The notes under the pieces: generated by a model
Databases searched by the model: none
Seen by the model: only the letters and a program-made list of their open reading frames with translations
Told to the model about the DNA's origin: nothing
Shown: positions 51,757 to 64,000 of the stretch, one piece after another
Layout of the letters: each line of letters opens with the position of its first letter
Position numbering within the stretch: the first letter of the stretch is position 1
Position numbers and translations under genes: made by a program
DNA from: Camelus ferus
Taxonomy: Eukaryota
DNA length: 64,000 nt
NCBI RefSeq assembly: GCF_009834535.1
Contig: NC_045698.1
Location: 11,782,001-11,846,000, forward strand
Direction of reading: 5' to 3'

Positions 51757-52175
51757 GTATTAGCTTCCTACTGCTGCTGTAACAAGTTACCACAAACTCG
51801 GTGGCTTAAAGCAATACATATCTATTCTCTTATAGTTCTGGAGGACTTCTTGGGCTAAAATCAAGGGGTTGGCAGGACTATGCTCTTTCTGGAGGCTCTA
51901 AGGAAAAATTCACACCTTTTCTAGCTTCTAGCTGCTACCTACATTCCTTGGCTTATACCATTTTTCTCCGTCTTCAAAGCCACCAGATAAATCCTTCAAA
52001 TCTTTTAACAACCCTGTGATTACACAGTCTGCCTGGGCAATGAATGATAACCTGCCTTAAGAGTCTTACCCAAATTTCACCTGCAAAGTCCCTTCTTCCA
52101 TTTAACGTAATTTATTCAAAGGTTCCAGAGATGAGAATGTGGACAACTTCAAGGGGCCACTATTCTGCCTGACTT
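51757..52175 (-). mobile_element. MaLR (MLT1C-like) LTR
   Basis: 'gtattagcttcctactgctgctgtaacaagttaccacaaactcggtggcttaaa'. Confidence 0.85.
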
Positions 52176-54129
52176 AATGGGGTTGAACATAGTGGAGTGG
52201 TCCTACTTCCTCAAGAAAAAATAAATAAACATCTTCACAGTCTTTGAAAAGCCTGGAGTTACCATTATTAATTCATTCTCCATCCCAGGTCTTAAAATAT
52301 TTGTGTGTGTGTACACATCTACATGCAATACCAATACATACATGTGATTCCTCTTCACATTTTGCTTCTTCAAGAACCATTCTCAGATGATATTTGGGGG
52401 GGAAATCCTTCAACTTCCTGGTAGGAGTAGAGAGGAGATGGAGTCTCCAAACATTTCTATGAAAGAATTGTGTCTCTCTCGTGATCCGTTATGGTTCAAT
52501 TTTATAAGGGATGCACATTGGAACTTAAGTTCAGGAGTAAATATTGTCATAAGTTCTGTGCATTCATTGTCCAGCAAGTTGCAAGGCCTCCTTTTCTTGG
52601 CTAGTGACTCCTGTGATCATTAATAATCAATCCCTTACAGTAATTTTCACATCTATAGTTCAGAGGGACCTCTGTGTTGCCCTGTAAAAGAATTTAATGG
52701 TATTAAAAAAGCCTATGTTTTTCTTGCTTCCTTCTTTCCTTCCTCTCTTTCTAATGACAAACAAGATTAAAAATCTCCAGAATTTTAAAGCCCTCTACTA
52801 GGAAACCTGATTTAAGAAAAGCAAATATATTTTAACCCAATTTGGTTGATAAAATGTGAAAATTTGCCTTCCAGTCATAACCTTTAGAAATGATTTTTCT
52901 TTTGTTCAAAAGGTACAAATTAAAAACAAATGTAAAATCTTACAAGGTAAATGTGGTCACTGGTAGAATTCCTGATGAATTAGAAATAGTCAAAAACCAT
53001 TGCATTTGATATATTAAACTGAGCGATACACTACCTAATCTGATAGGTACTTAGAAGACATGTGCTTCACAGCCTCTAAGTTTGCATTTGGCCAACTGCA
53101 GACATCTATTTGGGTAAAAACATGAATACTAAAGCATTTCCCCCAGACAATTGTATTACATGGTCCAAAGCATGGTGGTTACTTTCTTGTATCATTAAGT
53201 TTTCTTCTGAGGCTTTCTCTTTTCCCACTATTCTCTTTAAAGTGAGAAAGAAGAATGCACACCATTTAATTTGCATGGAAAGCCAGAATCAAAGAATAAT
53301 AAATCCCTGTTTTTAAGGTTCAGAGTGAACAACTCTCTTTGGCAATTACCCCAGTTACTACAATGGGAAATGCAAAAGTCTCCGGAAGCTTAATTACTCT
53401 CCACATTTACTCTGATCTCTTCCTAGTAGCCTGCATCTCTGCCTCAATTCATAGCTAGTCGAGGTCAGAGTCAGGGTTAACAGCCTGCAGCTCAACATGC
53501 ATTAAGTCATTCACTGATCATTAAAACATCCTGAAAGAGCTTTGTGCTAAAGTTTTAATAGCAGCAATATATGGAGATTTGCTGTTCTCCAATATTAATA
53601 ATGTCCTTTTACGACAGTAAGAAAGTGTGTGCATCCAACAGGTAACATTAATCCTGATGATGAATTTTGCTCTCAGTGTAAATTCAAAAACAGATTTCTA
53701 GGAAAACTTCCAGAAAGGTGAAATTTCACTCATTAGAACTTTCTGACCAGTAGCTTATGCCGCAATTCCAGGATCAGTTAAGTTCTCTTGCTGATAGAGC
53801 CAAGGACAAGAAAGTGCCCTGGAGCTGGCCTGGAAGATCCCTCTAGTCCTGGTACCCTCTTCTGATCCTTCCTACAGACATTAATTGAGCATCTGCGATG
53901 GACTGAGGATACAGTAATGAACAAGACAGATATTACCTTGTTGAATCTGTATTTCAGCCAACCGGAAATACTCCTTGGAGAATGGTCAAAAAGAATCCCA
54001 TAGGTCTATGTACATGATCAACGATGGGTTTCAAAACAATCACAAAGGTTTTGTATGTGTAGCTATTTGTATAACTTTAAAAGTATAAAACAGTACCATA
54101 GGCTGTCTCTTAGTACATACACAGATCTT

Positions 54130-54753
54130 GCGTTAGAGGGAAAAAAACCCAGTGGACTTCCACCTGAGAGAGGAAAACCTCAGGCCTCCCGCCTGTGTAC
54201 CACTTTTACTACCCACACAGAACATTTCACTTCTGATACTTCTGGGCACCAAATGTGTGGGGATTCTTCCCTCACCAAACAATTCTGTAACATCAGCTGG
54301 GTGTCCTACGATGTAACTCAGTTCTGATGCTATTCACCTGGAGGTGGCATCAAATCCCATATTCTCAGTCACGTGACTGACCGCCACCTCAGATGCCAAT
54401 CGCAAGCAGTAGGTCTGCAGGTTACCTATGTCTGTCTGATTTGGCTAAAAACCAGAAGTTCTCATGACCTCTTCCTCCTTGGATTCAATTATTTGCTAGA
54501 ACAGCTCACCGAACTCAGAGACACATGTATTTAACATTTACCGGTTTATGAAAGGATATGATAAAGACACAGATAAACAGCCAGTTGAAGAGAAACATGA
54601 GACAAGGTCTGGGAGGGTCCCCAGTGAAGGAGCTTGTGTCCCAGTGGAAGTCAGGTGCATCACCTTCTCAGTACATGGATGTGTTCACCAACTTGGAAGC
54701 TTTCTGATTCTAGTACTATTGGAATTTTTGTCGTGGCTTTGTCACGTAAGCAT
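54130..54753 (-). mobile_element. MER21-like LTR, cut by the ERV insertion
   Basis: 'ttctgatgctattcacctggaggtggcatcaaatccca'; similarity to 24670-25410 stops at the ERV LTR start. Confidence 0.75.
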
Positions 54754-55295
54754 TGTCAGGGAGGGAGAAATTTCTCCCTTTATCCCTCGTGAGTTCTTGT
54801 GGCTGGATTAACAATAAAATTAACCCAGAACAGATTAACAGAAGAAAAAGGAACAAACTTCAATGTGTAGATATGAAAGTCTCATTGAAATGAGACCTAC
54901 AAAGTGACCAAAGCAGGCATCTTTTATACTTTTTAAACAAAGAAACAATAAATCTATGAGGAATTAACAGGACAAAGAAACTTAGGTATTAGGTGCTTAA
55001 TCAGTGAAGAATATACACACTTTGGGCTTGGGGTAGTAGATTTTAAAAGTGACAAGTTCTGTTTGTACAGCCTTCTTGGCCCCACATTCTCTATCTCTGG
55101 CTATAAGGGTGTCCTTCTACTCCAGATGCACGGAGTGCACCTTACACATGGAAGATTTATTTTCTGCTTTCAGAGAGACAGAGAGGAGGGTCAAAGTGTC
55201 CCTCGTACCTCAGCCTTTTCTTAAGTAACTTTAATTCAAGATAATCAATATGTTACTGAGGCATATTTGGAGGCATCCTGCCCTGGGACCCAACA
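54754..55295 (-). mobile_element. 3' LTR of ERV1-like provirus (542 bp)
   Basis: TG...CA ends; polypurine-tract-like G6 at 55300-55305 (minus strand); minus-strand TATAAAA at 54922-54928; direct repeat of 62382-62715. Confidence 0.88.
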
Positions 55296-57697
55296 GTTAC
55301 CCCCCTGAGACTTCCTGCAAGTGTCACATGTTAAAAGTTGAGATGGTAGATTGTTTCATCTCACTGAAGCAGTCTCTTAGTCTTGACAACAGGTCCATTT
55401 ATTTAAACTCATTTCAGGAGGTGGTGATGCAGGTCAGCTCCCAAAGTCAGGTCTCCATTATGCAAGCAATCAGGTATTTAATAAGAGGTGTTTCTATGGA
55501 GACAGAAGAAAAAATAAAGATTAATGATTGGAGCAGATTGTCATCCAGTGTCTGAGCCCAGGGGCAGTCAGTCAATAAGATTTCTGAAAGATGTCGGGTT
55601 GACGCATCTTTTGCAGTTTGAAATGTCTCTGATGATGTCATCAGATGTTCAGGTAAACTTCTTGAGTGGCTTATACAGCAACAGACATGAAGCTTGCTTA
55701 AATATGAGCTGTTGTGGCAATTTCTCTGAAGTTCATGTCAAGTCACCTAGCTTCAGTTTGTAGGGTTTCAGGAAAAGGGGCACTTTTTGTTCTCAATGAT
55801 TCCAAGTCAAAAGGGTGGGAGAAAATTGAAAATGTTTGGAGATTCATGGCCAGATATCAGAGGAAACTAAAAACATTAATGATCCAGTTTAGTTTTTAGG
55901 TAAATAACTAAACCTCAAGGAAAATTAATAGCATTAAAATCTAATATCCACAAGTGTGTGTTACAGTTTCTACTGAAGCATAATTTTTCTCTCTAAAATC
56001 ACTGGCATTTTTACCAAAGATAGCCAGATTAAGACTAATTTGTTGGCAAAATAAGTCTACTTTCCATAAACTTGGCCTGATTATTTACACAGGTTTAACA
56101 ACAATAGTACTTGATCACAGAGGCTCTTTTAAATTTGTTTTCCTGGAATTTGTCATAAGGAACCTCCAGATTGAACATTTAATAGCCTCTTGAGGCTAAG
56201 AAGCCAAGGTAAATATTTGCCATCAGACTTTGCGTACAAAACCTACAAATTTGGGTGAATTCCTTTCTCCTTAGGGTCTCCGAAATATCCTGAGGTGACT
56301 GTGCCTGCCAGGAAGTGACCTTCCTTACTCATTTGGTAAGGCTGCTAGGGACCCTGTAAGCAAGAAACCAGACGGTTTTCCCAAGGGGTTTTATTGGCTT
56401 CATACAATCAACCTTGGTTCCTTAAAACCGTCTGGTCATATCTGAGTCTATGTCTGTCTCTTTCAAATATAACGTTCCAGGAAAGGTTTGTTAATACAAT
56501 CAATGTTTTCAGTTGTGTCCTGTTATAAGGAGGATAGATTCTTATTGAGCTTATACAAATCATTTGCAAGAATTTACACAAGAGCAGTCACTGAGAGTTT
56601 CTGAATTCAGGAGGGCCCAGGTAGAGAGAAAAAGATAAATGTTCCAATTCTGTTTACAAATATAACTTACCAAATTGCTCTAAGGCATAGTTAGCTTAAG
56701 AGACAAGAGGAAAAGCTTTCCTTAAATCTGGAGAAACAAAACATTTAAAAAATCAGCATTGTTTTTCAAAAAAATTAATCATCTTCCTCAGTTCATTTAG
56801 TCCTATTTAATTAATTCTTGTTCTGCTTGATCATTTGTTGGAAGTTTTATAAAGCTTCTCATTTTTTTTCATTAGGGTTCTGTAAATTCTTACCCAATTC
56901 AGTGGTATGATTTGAAAGTTACTGGCAACTTGTATTCCAGAGTAGTCGTTAGATTAATTTCCATTAATTTCTCTGAGGATAAAACACATTTGCAGGAAGC
57001 TTTTGCAAAAGCATCTGAGTGAAATAATAACAGCCTGTAAATGAGGAGTCTTAAAAATGTGCATTGTTAAAGATCTGATTCATTATAATGGAACTGACAA
57101 AAAATTTGGTTATCTCTGTGACACACAACATTTTAAGATAATAACTAGAATTATGACTTATACTAAATTTTAGGAATTTCAAGTAATTTATAAAATATTT
57201 ATATTAATAAAATTTACCTATAAAATATACCTAAGATTTATTGTAATTTATTTGATGTTTCCCACATAATTTAATATACCAAATAAGTTTAGTTTATTAA
57301 ATATTTCTCTTTTATAAAGAGAGAAAACAAATCTTCTGAGGGCTCCAGGGTCCCTCTGAAAAACCCCAATGTTATTTCTAGGTCAATAAGACTTTATTTA
57401 GATTTGATTTGGAGGAAGTTTGTCAAAAATATCAACAAGATTTTAAAACATGTAGTAAATAAGACCATAGGCCATTTTGAAAAAATACTTAGTTACCCAT
57501 TTAATTACAATGACAAAAACTTTACAGGCAAATACAGAAAATTAAATAGCTGTTAAAAGCCTTATCTCTTTCAATATTGAAAAGATTCAGGGTGTTTTTT
57601 CTTCTAGGTAATGAAAGACAAAACATAAATAAAAAACAAAATACAGATTTTTTTGTTTTTCTGAACAGATTACATTAAAGGTAAAAAACAAAGTCTT

Positions 57698-58358
57698 GTA
57701 AAAATAGATTTACCATATGATCCAGCAATCCCACTCCTGGGTATATATCCAGAGGGATCCTTAATTCAAAAAACACCTACACCCCAATGTTCATAGCAGC
57801 ACTATTTACAATAGCCAAGACATGGAAACAACCTAAATCTCCATTGACAGATGACTGGATAAAGAAGTTGTGGTATATTTATACAATGGAATACTACTCA
57901 GCCACAAAAATAATAAAATAATGCCATTTGCAGCAACATAGATAGCCCTGGAGAATGTCATTCTAAGTGAAGTGAGCCAGAAAGAGAAAGAAAAATACCA
58001 TATGATATCACTCATATGTGGAACGAAAAAAAAGAAAAAGAAAAAGACAAATGCACTTGTATATAAAACAGAAACAGACTCATAAACAGAGAAAAAAAAC
58101 TTATGGTTACCAGTGGGGAGAGGGTGGGAAGGGATAAATTGGGAGTTTGAGATTTGCAGATACTGACTGGTATATATAAAATAGACAAACAAGTTTCTAC
58201 TGTATAGCAAAGGGAACTATAGTCATATCTTATAGTAGCTTATGGTGAAAAAGAATATGAAAACAAATATATGTATGTTCATGTATGACTGAAACACAGT
58301 GTTGTATGCCAGAAATTGACACAACATTGTAAACTGACTATACTTCAATAAAAATAAT
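57698..58358 (+). mobile_element. young L1 3' end nested in the ERV
   Basis: closely similar to 46153-46810; flanking aaagtctt repeat at 57690-57697 and 58359-58366. Confidence 0.9.
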
Positions 58359-58395
58359 AAAGTCTTTGTTTACAATTTCTCATTAAGAGCATATC

Positions 58396-59030
58396 TGAGT
58401 GTCCATTAACAGATGAATGGATAAAGAAGATGTGGTATATGTACACAATGGAATACTGCTCAGCCATAAAAAAAGAATAGAATTTTGTCATTTGAAACAA
58501 TATGGACGGACCTGGAGGGTATAATGCTAAGTGAAATAAGTCAGACAGAGAAAGGCAAATACTGTCTGTTATCACTTATATGTGGAATCTAAGAAATAAA
58601 ACAAATGAATAAATATAACATAATAGAAACAGATCCACAGATATAGAGAACAAACTAGTGGTTATCAATGTGTGGAGGGAAGGGAGGAGGCAAGATAGAT
58701 GGAAAGGATTAACAGGTAAAAGCTACTATGTATAAGATAAATAGGCTATAAGGGAATGTGGCCAATATTTTATAATAACTTTTTTTATTGAAGTATAGTC
58801 AGTTTACAATGTTGTGTCAATTTCTGGTATACAGCACAAGTCTTCAGTCATACATGAATATACATATATTCATTTTCATATTCTTTTTCACTATGAGCTA
58901 CTACATATAATAACCTTAAATGAAGTATAATCTACAAATATTTTGAATCACTATGTAGTATATATAATATAATAATATAAATCAACTATACTTCAATAAA
59001 AAATAAAAAATAAAAAAATAAATGAATAAA
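58396..59030 (+). mobile_element. older L1 3' end nested in the ERV
   Basis: 'gtgtccattaacagatgaatggataaagaagatgtgg' to 'tcaactatacttcaataaaaaa'. Confidence 0.9.
58780..58905 (-). mobile_element. 126-bp L1 3' tip inserted antisense within the older L1
   Basis: TSD tataataac at 58771-58779 and 58906-58914. Confidence 0.85.
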
Positions 59031-61747
59031 ATTGCATTGTGACCACCTGATACATAAATAAATAAATAAATTTAGTTGTACCTATTAAAAATAAATAAAA
59101 AATGATTTTTTAATTTAAAATTTTATATTTTAATGGAAAAAACTCAAGTTTTAATTTTGTGCCAGCTTACTTTTGATATTAAGACTCATTTACTTAATTA
59201 AATTTATTCCAGTCTTAGTCCTGACCACACATAAAATTCCTTTCCAAAGATTTGCTTTTTTACAAGCTTTCTACAACTTTCTATGTCCGTTTTAGTTTGT
59301 CCCTTGTTCTCTTTCCCATTTAGAAATAAAGAGATTTAGGACAAATTCACTTTCTTTGTCCTTAACAAAAACATCTCATTCCTTATACCTTTTTATCAAC
59401 CCCAAAACATATTTCACTTTTCTTCTTAGTGCTAGCAGCTTTAACCACATATAGTAACTGGATTTCTTAATCCTTTGAAACCTTAAGTTTTTTGGCAAAA
59501 ATAAAGAAAAATTGCGAACTGTGTTAGCAAGTTTTGGGTTGGTGAACTTATAAATATATTTTATAATTTCCAGAAACATATGCTACTTCATAGCAGGTTT
59601 TTTCAATAATGCACAAGATATACATGTTTACCAATAGACCTAAACATATTTAGTCTCTCTGTAGTAAAAAATCAGAAGTAGGTAAACTTAGATGTGTTTA
59701 GCAATTGCTGATTGAGTATTTTATTTCATTTGGAAATGATCTAGATATTTAGTGAATTCTTATCATTTAATTTAAGTTAGCAAAACTAAAGATGTAAATT
59801 ACCAATGCAATTTAAGAAACTATTTGACGTATCATAAAACAATTACTGTTACAAAGTTCACCTAAAAACTCTTATTTTATTTACATCTGTTTAATTCACT
59901 TGTTCTTAAGAATCATACTTAGATTACTCATGAAAATTTCATGAGATGTTAAAGCAGTTAGTAATTATCTTCAATTCTTTGTTTTTTGTTTTTTGCTGAA
60001 AAACTTTGCAACAGAGACAACATGAGCCCATCTGGATAGTAAGCCCACGTAGAACAAAAGTTGTTTACCTGCATATTTTATGCTGACAACTCTGAAGATA
60101 TACCTGTATTAATTAAACCAACAAACTTAAAATTAGCCTTTATTTACCAAAGATTATCCTAGATCACATGAACTTGAAAAACATTTGGGTTAATTTTTAT
60201 TATATTTTTAAAAAATTTTATGTAAGTGTTTGCCTCAGCCAATTAAATAGAGCTCTTTTACAAAATAATTTTGGCAATAACATATAATGGTAGAAAAATC
60301 TATAATGTATACATACAGACATGTAGATAGACACAACCAGAGATCTCATAGTTTTCATTTTTTAACTTTAGTCGTGAATCAGGTACAACATAAAACTCAC
60401 TGCTTTATAAATAACAGTTGGAATAAACTAAGTTTATTCTGGAGAAGACTTTAATATCTATATTCTCCCTTGACAGGCAATTTTTAAGGAAGCTGTGACT
60501 TAGAGTTTTGGCAAGAGTGTTCTTCTAACAGTTTTTGTTTTAAAAGCCCTCTTTCCCTCTTTTTTTGGTGTCAGATTCTAGTGATTGCGTTAATTCAAGT
60601 TCAGTCTCAGGTGACTGCAGGCTGTGTTTACATTTCAAAGACATGAAAGATTCATAACTTTAAAGGACAGAGAAAGAAAATTTTTCTTCTAGGTGTTTTG
60701 AAGTACATTTGTCTATTATCACAAGTCTTAGTGTGATTATTATTTAAATTTTTTCTCTTAAGTATGAGACACTTTTGCTCCAATATCCTAATTTTTTGTA
60801 ACATCCACAAGCATTTGAGAGGAATAGGTGATATTCTGGGAGTGGTAAAGATAAGTGGGCATTGACTTATTTCTAGCGTTGTATTTCTGGTTTTGTAGAG
60901 ATTAGCAAGACAGAGAGAGTTGCTTCTATTAGCCGTTAAATACTGGCTTCCAGCTGATCTATTTCCTAATTATTTATAGGAGGTCCTGGAGAATTACTGA
61001 GGAGATGGGACTATTTTTTTTAAGAAGGGGAATTTACATTGGATCCTTAAGTCCAATTTCTGTTCTTTCATCTTAATAAGGGATTCCCTAAGGAGCGTCA
61101 CTATACTTTTTTTCCTTTCAATTTGATCCTCTCATAAGTACCTATATGACAGCTGTTTATTAATTATGAAAGCTCTCAAAAATTTCCCTTCAAATAGTCA
61201 ATTTAAAGGATCTATCATATGGTCATTGACAAGTAAGATCTCATATTAATCTCAAATAGTGACTCAAATCAATAACCTTTTTTTTTTATGGCTTAACCAA
61301 AGACAAAAGAGGTATCTCACGAGAGAATATGTAGCCCTCACAAGATCTAGAAAGTTTACTCCTAGAATCTAAGAAAGTAAAAGCCCTTCATTGCTGCAGA
61401 CAGTAAGAATGATGTAGTGAAAACGGTGTCTCAGTTTCCTGTTGAAAACAAGGAATGCGTTCAGTCGCAGACCCACTAATCTGCAACACCAGGGAGGCAC
61501 TACTATCATTAGCAAGGCAACAAAGGTTCCTTACGGACTGAAACATCTATGACAAATTCTGAGAGCTGGCACAGCCAGATGAAGAGAGGGCTGCTTGTGA
61601 TTTTGTGCCTTGGTACCCCAATTTATTTGGCCACCAAATGCACCCTGGTAAGTGCACCTTCCAGATGGCAGAGACCAGTGAAAATATTCTCACTGGACAC
61701 AAAGCCAAGCTCTCAGGACATAGAGCAAATGGAATGAAGATCTCACC

Positions 61748-61913
61748 TTTTTTTTTTTTAAGATTTTTTTTTTCTTTTTTATTGACGTATAGTCAGTTTA
61801 CACTGCTGTGTCAATTTCTGGTGCACAGCACAATGTTTCAGTCATCCATATACATACATATATTCCTTTTCACATTATTTTTCATTATAGATTACTATAA
61901 GATATTGAATATA
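61748..61913 (-). mobile_element. short L1 3' tip in the ERV leader
   Basis: poly-T followed by 'attgacgtatagtcagtttacactgctgtgtcaatttctggtg'. Confidence 0.85.
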
Positions 61914-62381
61914 GAAGACCCATGGCAAAGTTTGTCTAAGTGGACATTGGCTTGGTGAGAACAATTAACTCACCCATTGGCTTGAAGAGTAGGCTTCTAG
62001 AGCCCAGGCCTGTGTCCTGCCTTATGGTTGTTCCTCTTTAGGACAAATGATGCAATAGACAAAGACAAAAAGAGTGAACATCTCTTGGAGGAAAGAATCA
62101 ATAAAAACAGAGAGCACTCATCTACAAACACCGGAGTTGCTATGTTGCAAGAAACTAGCTCCACAAATATTTTCTCCTGCTCATCTAAATTTAGAGAAAG
62201 AGAAAAAAGAACTCTAAGCCACTTTCCCTTCCACCAAAACTTGCAGGCAGAGATCTTGAAGGCTGATGTGGTACAAATCTTACCTTCTGTTGGTCTTTGT
62301 CAGACGTCCCAGGATCTCTCAGCCACAGCAGCCTGGGTGTGGAAGGTGGGGTCCAGACAGCCTCCCAGCGGCCTCATTAAC

Positions 62382-62715
62382 TGCCAGGGAGGGGGGAACT
62401 TCCCCCATATTCTGTTGAGTTGTTGTGGCTGGACTAACAATAAAATTGACCCAAGACAGATTAACAGGAGAAAAAGAAAGAAATTTTAATTTGTGTGCGT
62501 GGAGGTCTCATAGAAACAGGGCCTAAGAAGTGGCCAAAGCAGGAAAGTTTTTATACTTTTAGGCAAAGAAACAATAAATTCATGAGAAATCGACAGGAAA
62601 AAGAAACTTGGGTTTTGGATGCTTAATTAGAGAAGAATCTCAACTATTTGGGCTTCTTGGCCCTGAATTCCCTATCTCTGTCAGTAAGGTTGTCCTACTT
62701 CCAGACGCAGGGAGT
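62382..62715 (-). mobile_element. 5' LTR of the provirus, truncated
   Basis: aligns to 54754-~55136 (e.g. 'ttgtggctgga.taacaataaaatt', 'aaagaaacaataaat'); similarity ends at 'ccagacgcagggagt'. Confidence 0.85.
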
Positions 62716-63519
62716 CAAATCAAGCAGGCCCCAGCCAGGTCCAGTGGGGATTTTTGAGAGTCTGCATAAATTTGGGCGTCTACGACTCGTCTCTTCTGTC
62801 AATGTACTGACACGTCAGGGTCACTCTAGACCCACTTTGCCTGCCCAGGGCCCTGAAAATGGTCTTCAAACCCAGGTGCAGAGCTGCCACTATGACCCCA
62901 CTCAGCATGCCCTTGCCACTCAGGAAGATGAACGGGAAGGACTGTGGGGACACTGGAGGCAGGCCGAGGCCACCTGGGTGGGGCATTGCAGGGTCCCAGG
63001 GCCCAGATGGAGGTTCCACGTGGGTATGTCCTCCGGCTACTGCAGATTTGCCCCAGGGAGGGGTGCACACTGTCAAAGATCAGAGTGGAAGAGCTCACAC
63101 AGGGGAGCAGGGTCCAGGTATGATCTCTGATACTGAGACAGGGTCCAGCTAGGGTGATAGCAGGGTAATTCTGCTCCTCCCATACTAAGCACACCTGAGG
63201 TTCTAATCCTGGTTCCCCGGCCCCTCCAACTCTTCCATAGGATTCCTCCTTGCTTCCTCCCCTGCTTTCACCCCCCTCCTTGGTTTTCGTATTTCCTAAT
63301 TCCCTCCTTTTATCTTAACATTTGGTTCCCTTCCTTCTTGACTTTTCTCCCTCAGTCCCAACTCTGCTTAGATGGCCAGCAGCACCCCTGGCCCTGTCTG
63401 GCCCTGCAGTGGTATGCAAAGTTAGAATTTCCAATCCTTATAGTACCTCACAGATGAATTTACAGTACTTAAGTTACCATTTAAGGGAATTTTTACACAA
63501 CAAAGACCTCCAAGCCGCA

Positions 63520-64000
63520 GCCTAGTCATGTTTGTTGATTCGTTCTTCTTACAAACCTTTATTAAGTGTCTATAAAATACCAGCTTTTTGACGCACAGCA
63601 GTAAAAATGCGCCCTCTCTGCTCTTTGCTTTCTAGTGTAGGAGATGGCAAATAAACCAGCTAATCTGGGTCAGAAGGATCAGTACTTGAAAGCAGTGTCA
63701 GCAGGAGCTGTGAGGGAACAGACTAGCATCGTAGAAAACATGGCCCTGAACGGAGTGTTGAAAGGTGAGTAGGTGCTGTCTGGCTGAAGAGGAGAGAAAG
63801 GACACTCAGAAGTGATGATGTGGAAAAACTCAAGAGGTCAATCTTTCCACATGGATTGAAAAGTGAATGTGGGGCAGTAGAGGGAATGAGGGTCCAGAAA
63901 TAAAGAAGAATTGAATCAAAGATAGCCGTGCACACATACTTGAGTTCAAGTTTTCCTAAAAGTGACATGAAATGGCCACTAAAGGATTTTAAAATGACAG
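63520..64000 (-). mobile_element. L2 fragment(s)
   Basis: 'ttcttacaaacctttattaagtgtcta', 'gccactaaaggattttaa'. Confidence 0.5.

Larger units (their letters stand above)
55296..62381 (-). mobile_element. ERV1 (MER4-group-like) internal region, AT-rich, non-coding
   Basis: lies between two LTR copies; no gag/pol/env ORF recognisable; leader splice donor GG|GTGAGT at 61968-61973 (minus). Confidence 0.8.

Noticed and set aside
62028..63194. Cluster of 97-160 aa ORFs as gag or a cellular gene
   Set aside because: Overlapping on both strands, span LTR boundaries, no retroviral motifs; explained by local base composition
1..64000. CRISPR array, prokaryotic operon, NUMT or non-retroviral endogenous virus
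   Set aside because: No regularly spaced repeat-spacer pattern, no gene-dense segment, and no recognisable mitochondrial or viral protein motifs; very diverged relics cannot be excluded without a tblastn search

Overview
This is mammalian genomic DNA, AT-rich, with no CpG island. The host is most likely a camelid, inferred from a tRNA-derived SINE of Vic-1 type at 47927-48155 and the young L1 3' ends. No known protein-coding gene, rRNA, real tRNA or CRISPR array could be recognised, so the window reads as intergenic or deep intronic. Most of it is interspersed repeats: old and young L1 (several with clear TSDs, some nested), L2, MIR, MaLR/ERVL/ERV1 LTRs, hAT fossils, and a ~8 kb non-coding ERV1-like provirus at 54754-62715 (minus strand) with one truncated LTR. 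The supplied ORFs are almost all repeat-derived or chance. The observations most worth checking are: a local inverted duplication (27.7-28.1 kb vs 29.96-30.2 kb); a DR3+DR5+DR1 nuclear-receptor motif cluster at 40.08-40.28 kb beside a perfect minus-strand splice donor; a possible terminal exon at 13.17-13.40 kb with weak RGS-helix resemblance; a 56-bp palindrome in an LTR; and an enhancer-like unique block at 41.1-41.7 kb. I cannot support a claim of a new biological system. Repeat family names were assigned by eye from remembered consensus sequences, and boundaries without a TSD are approximate.
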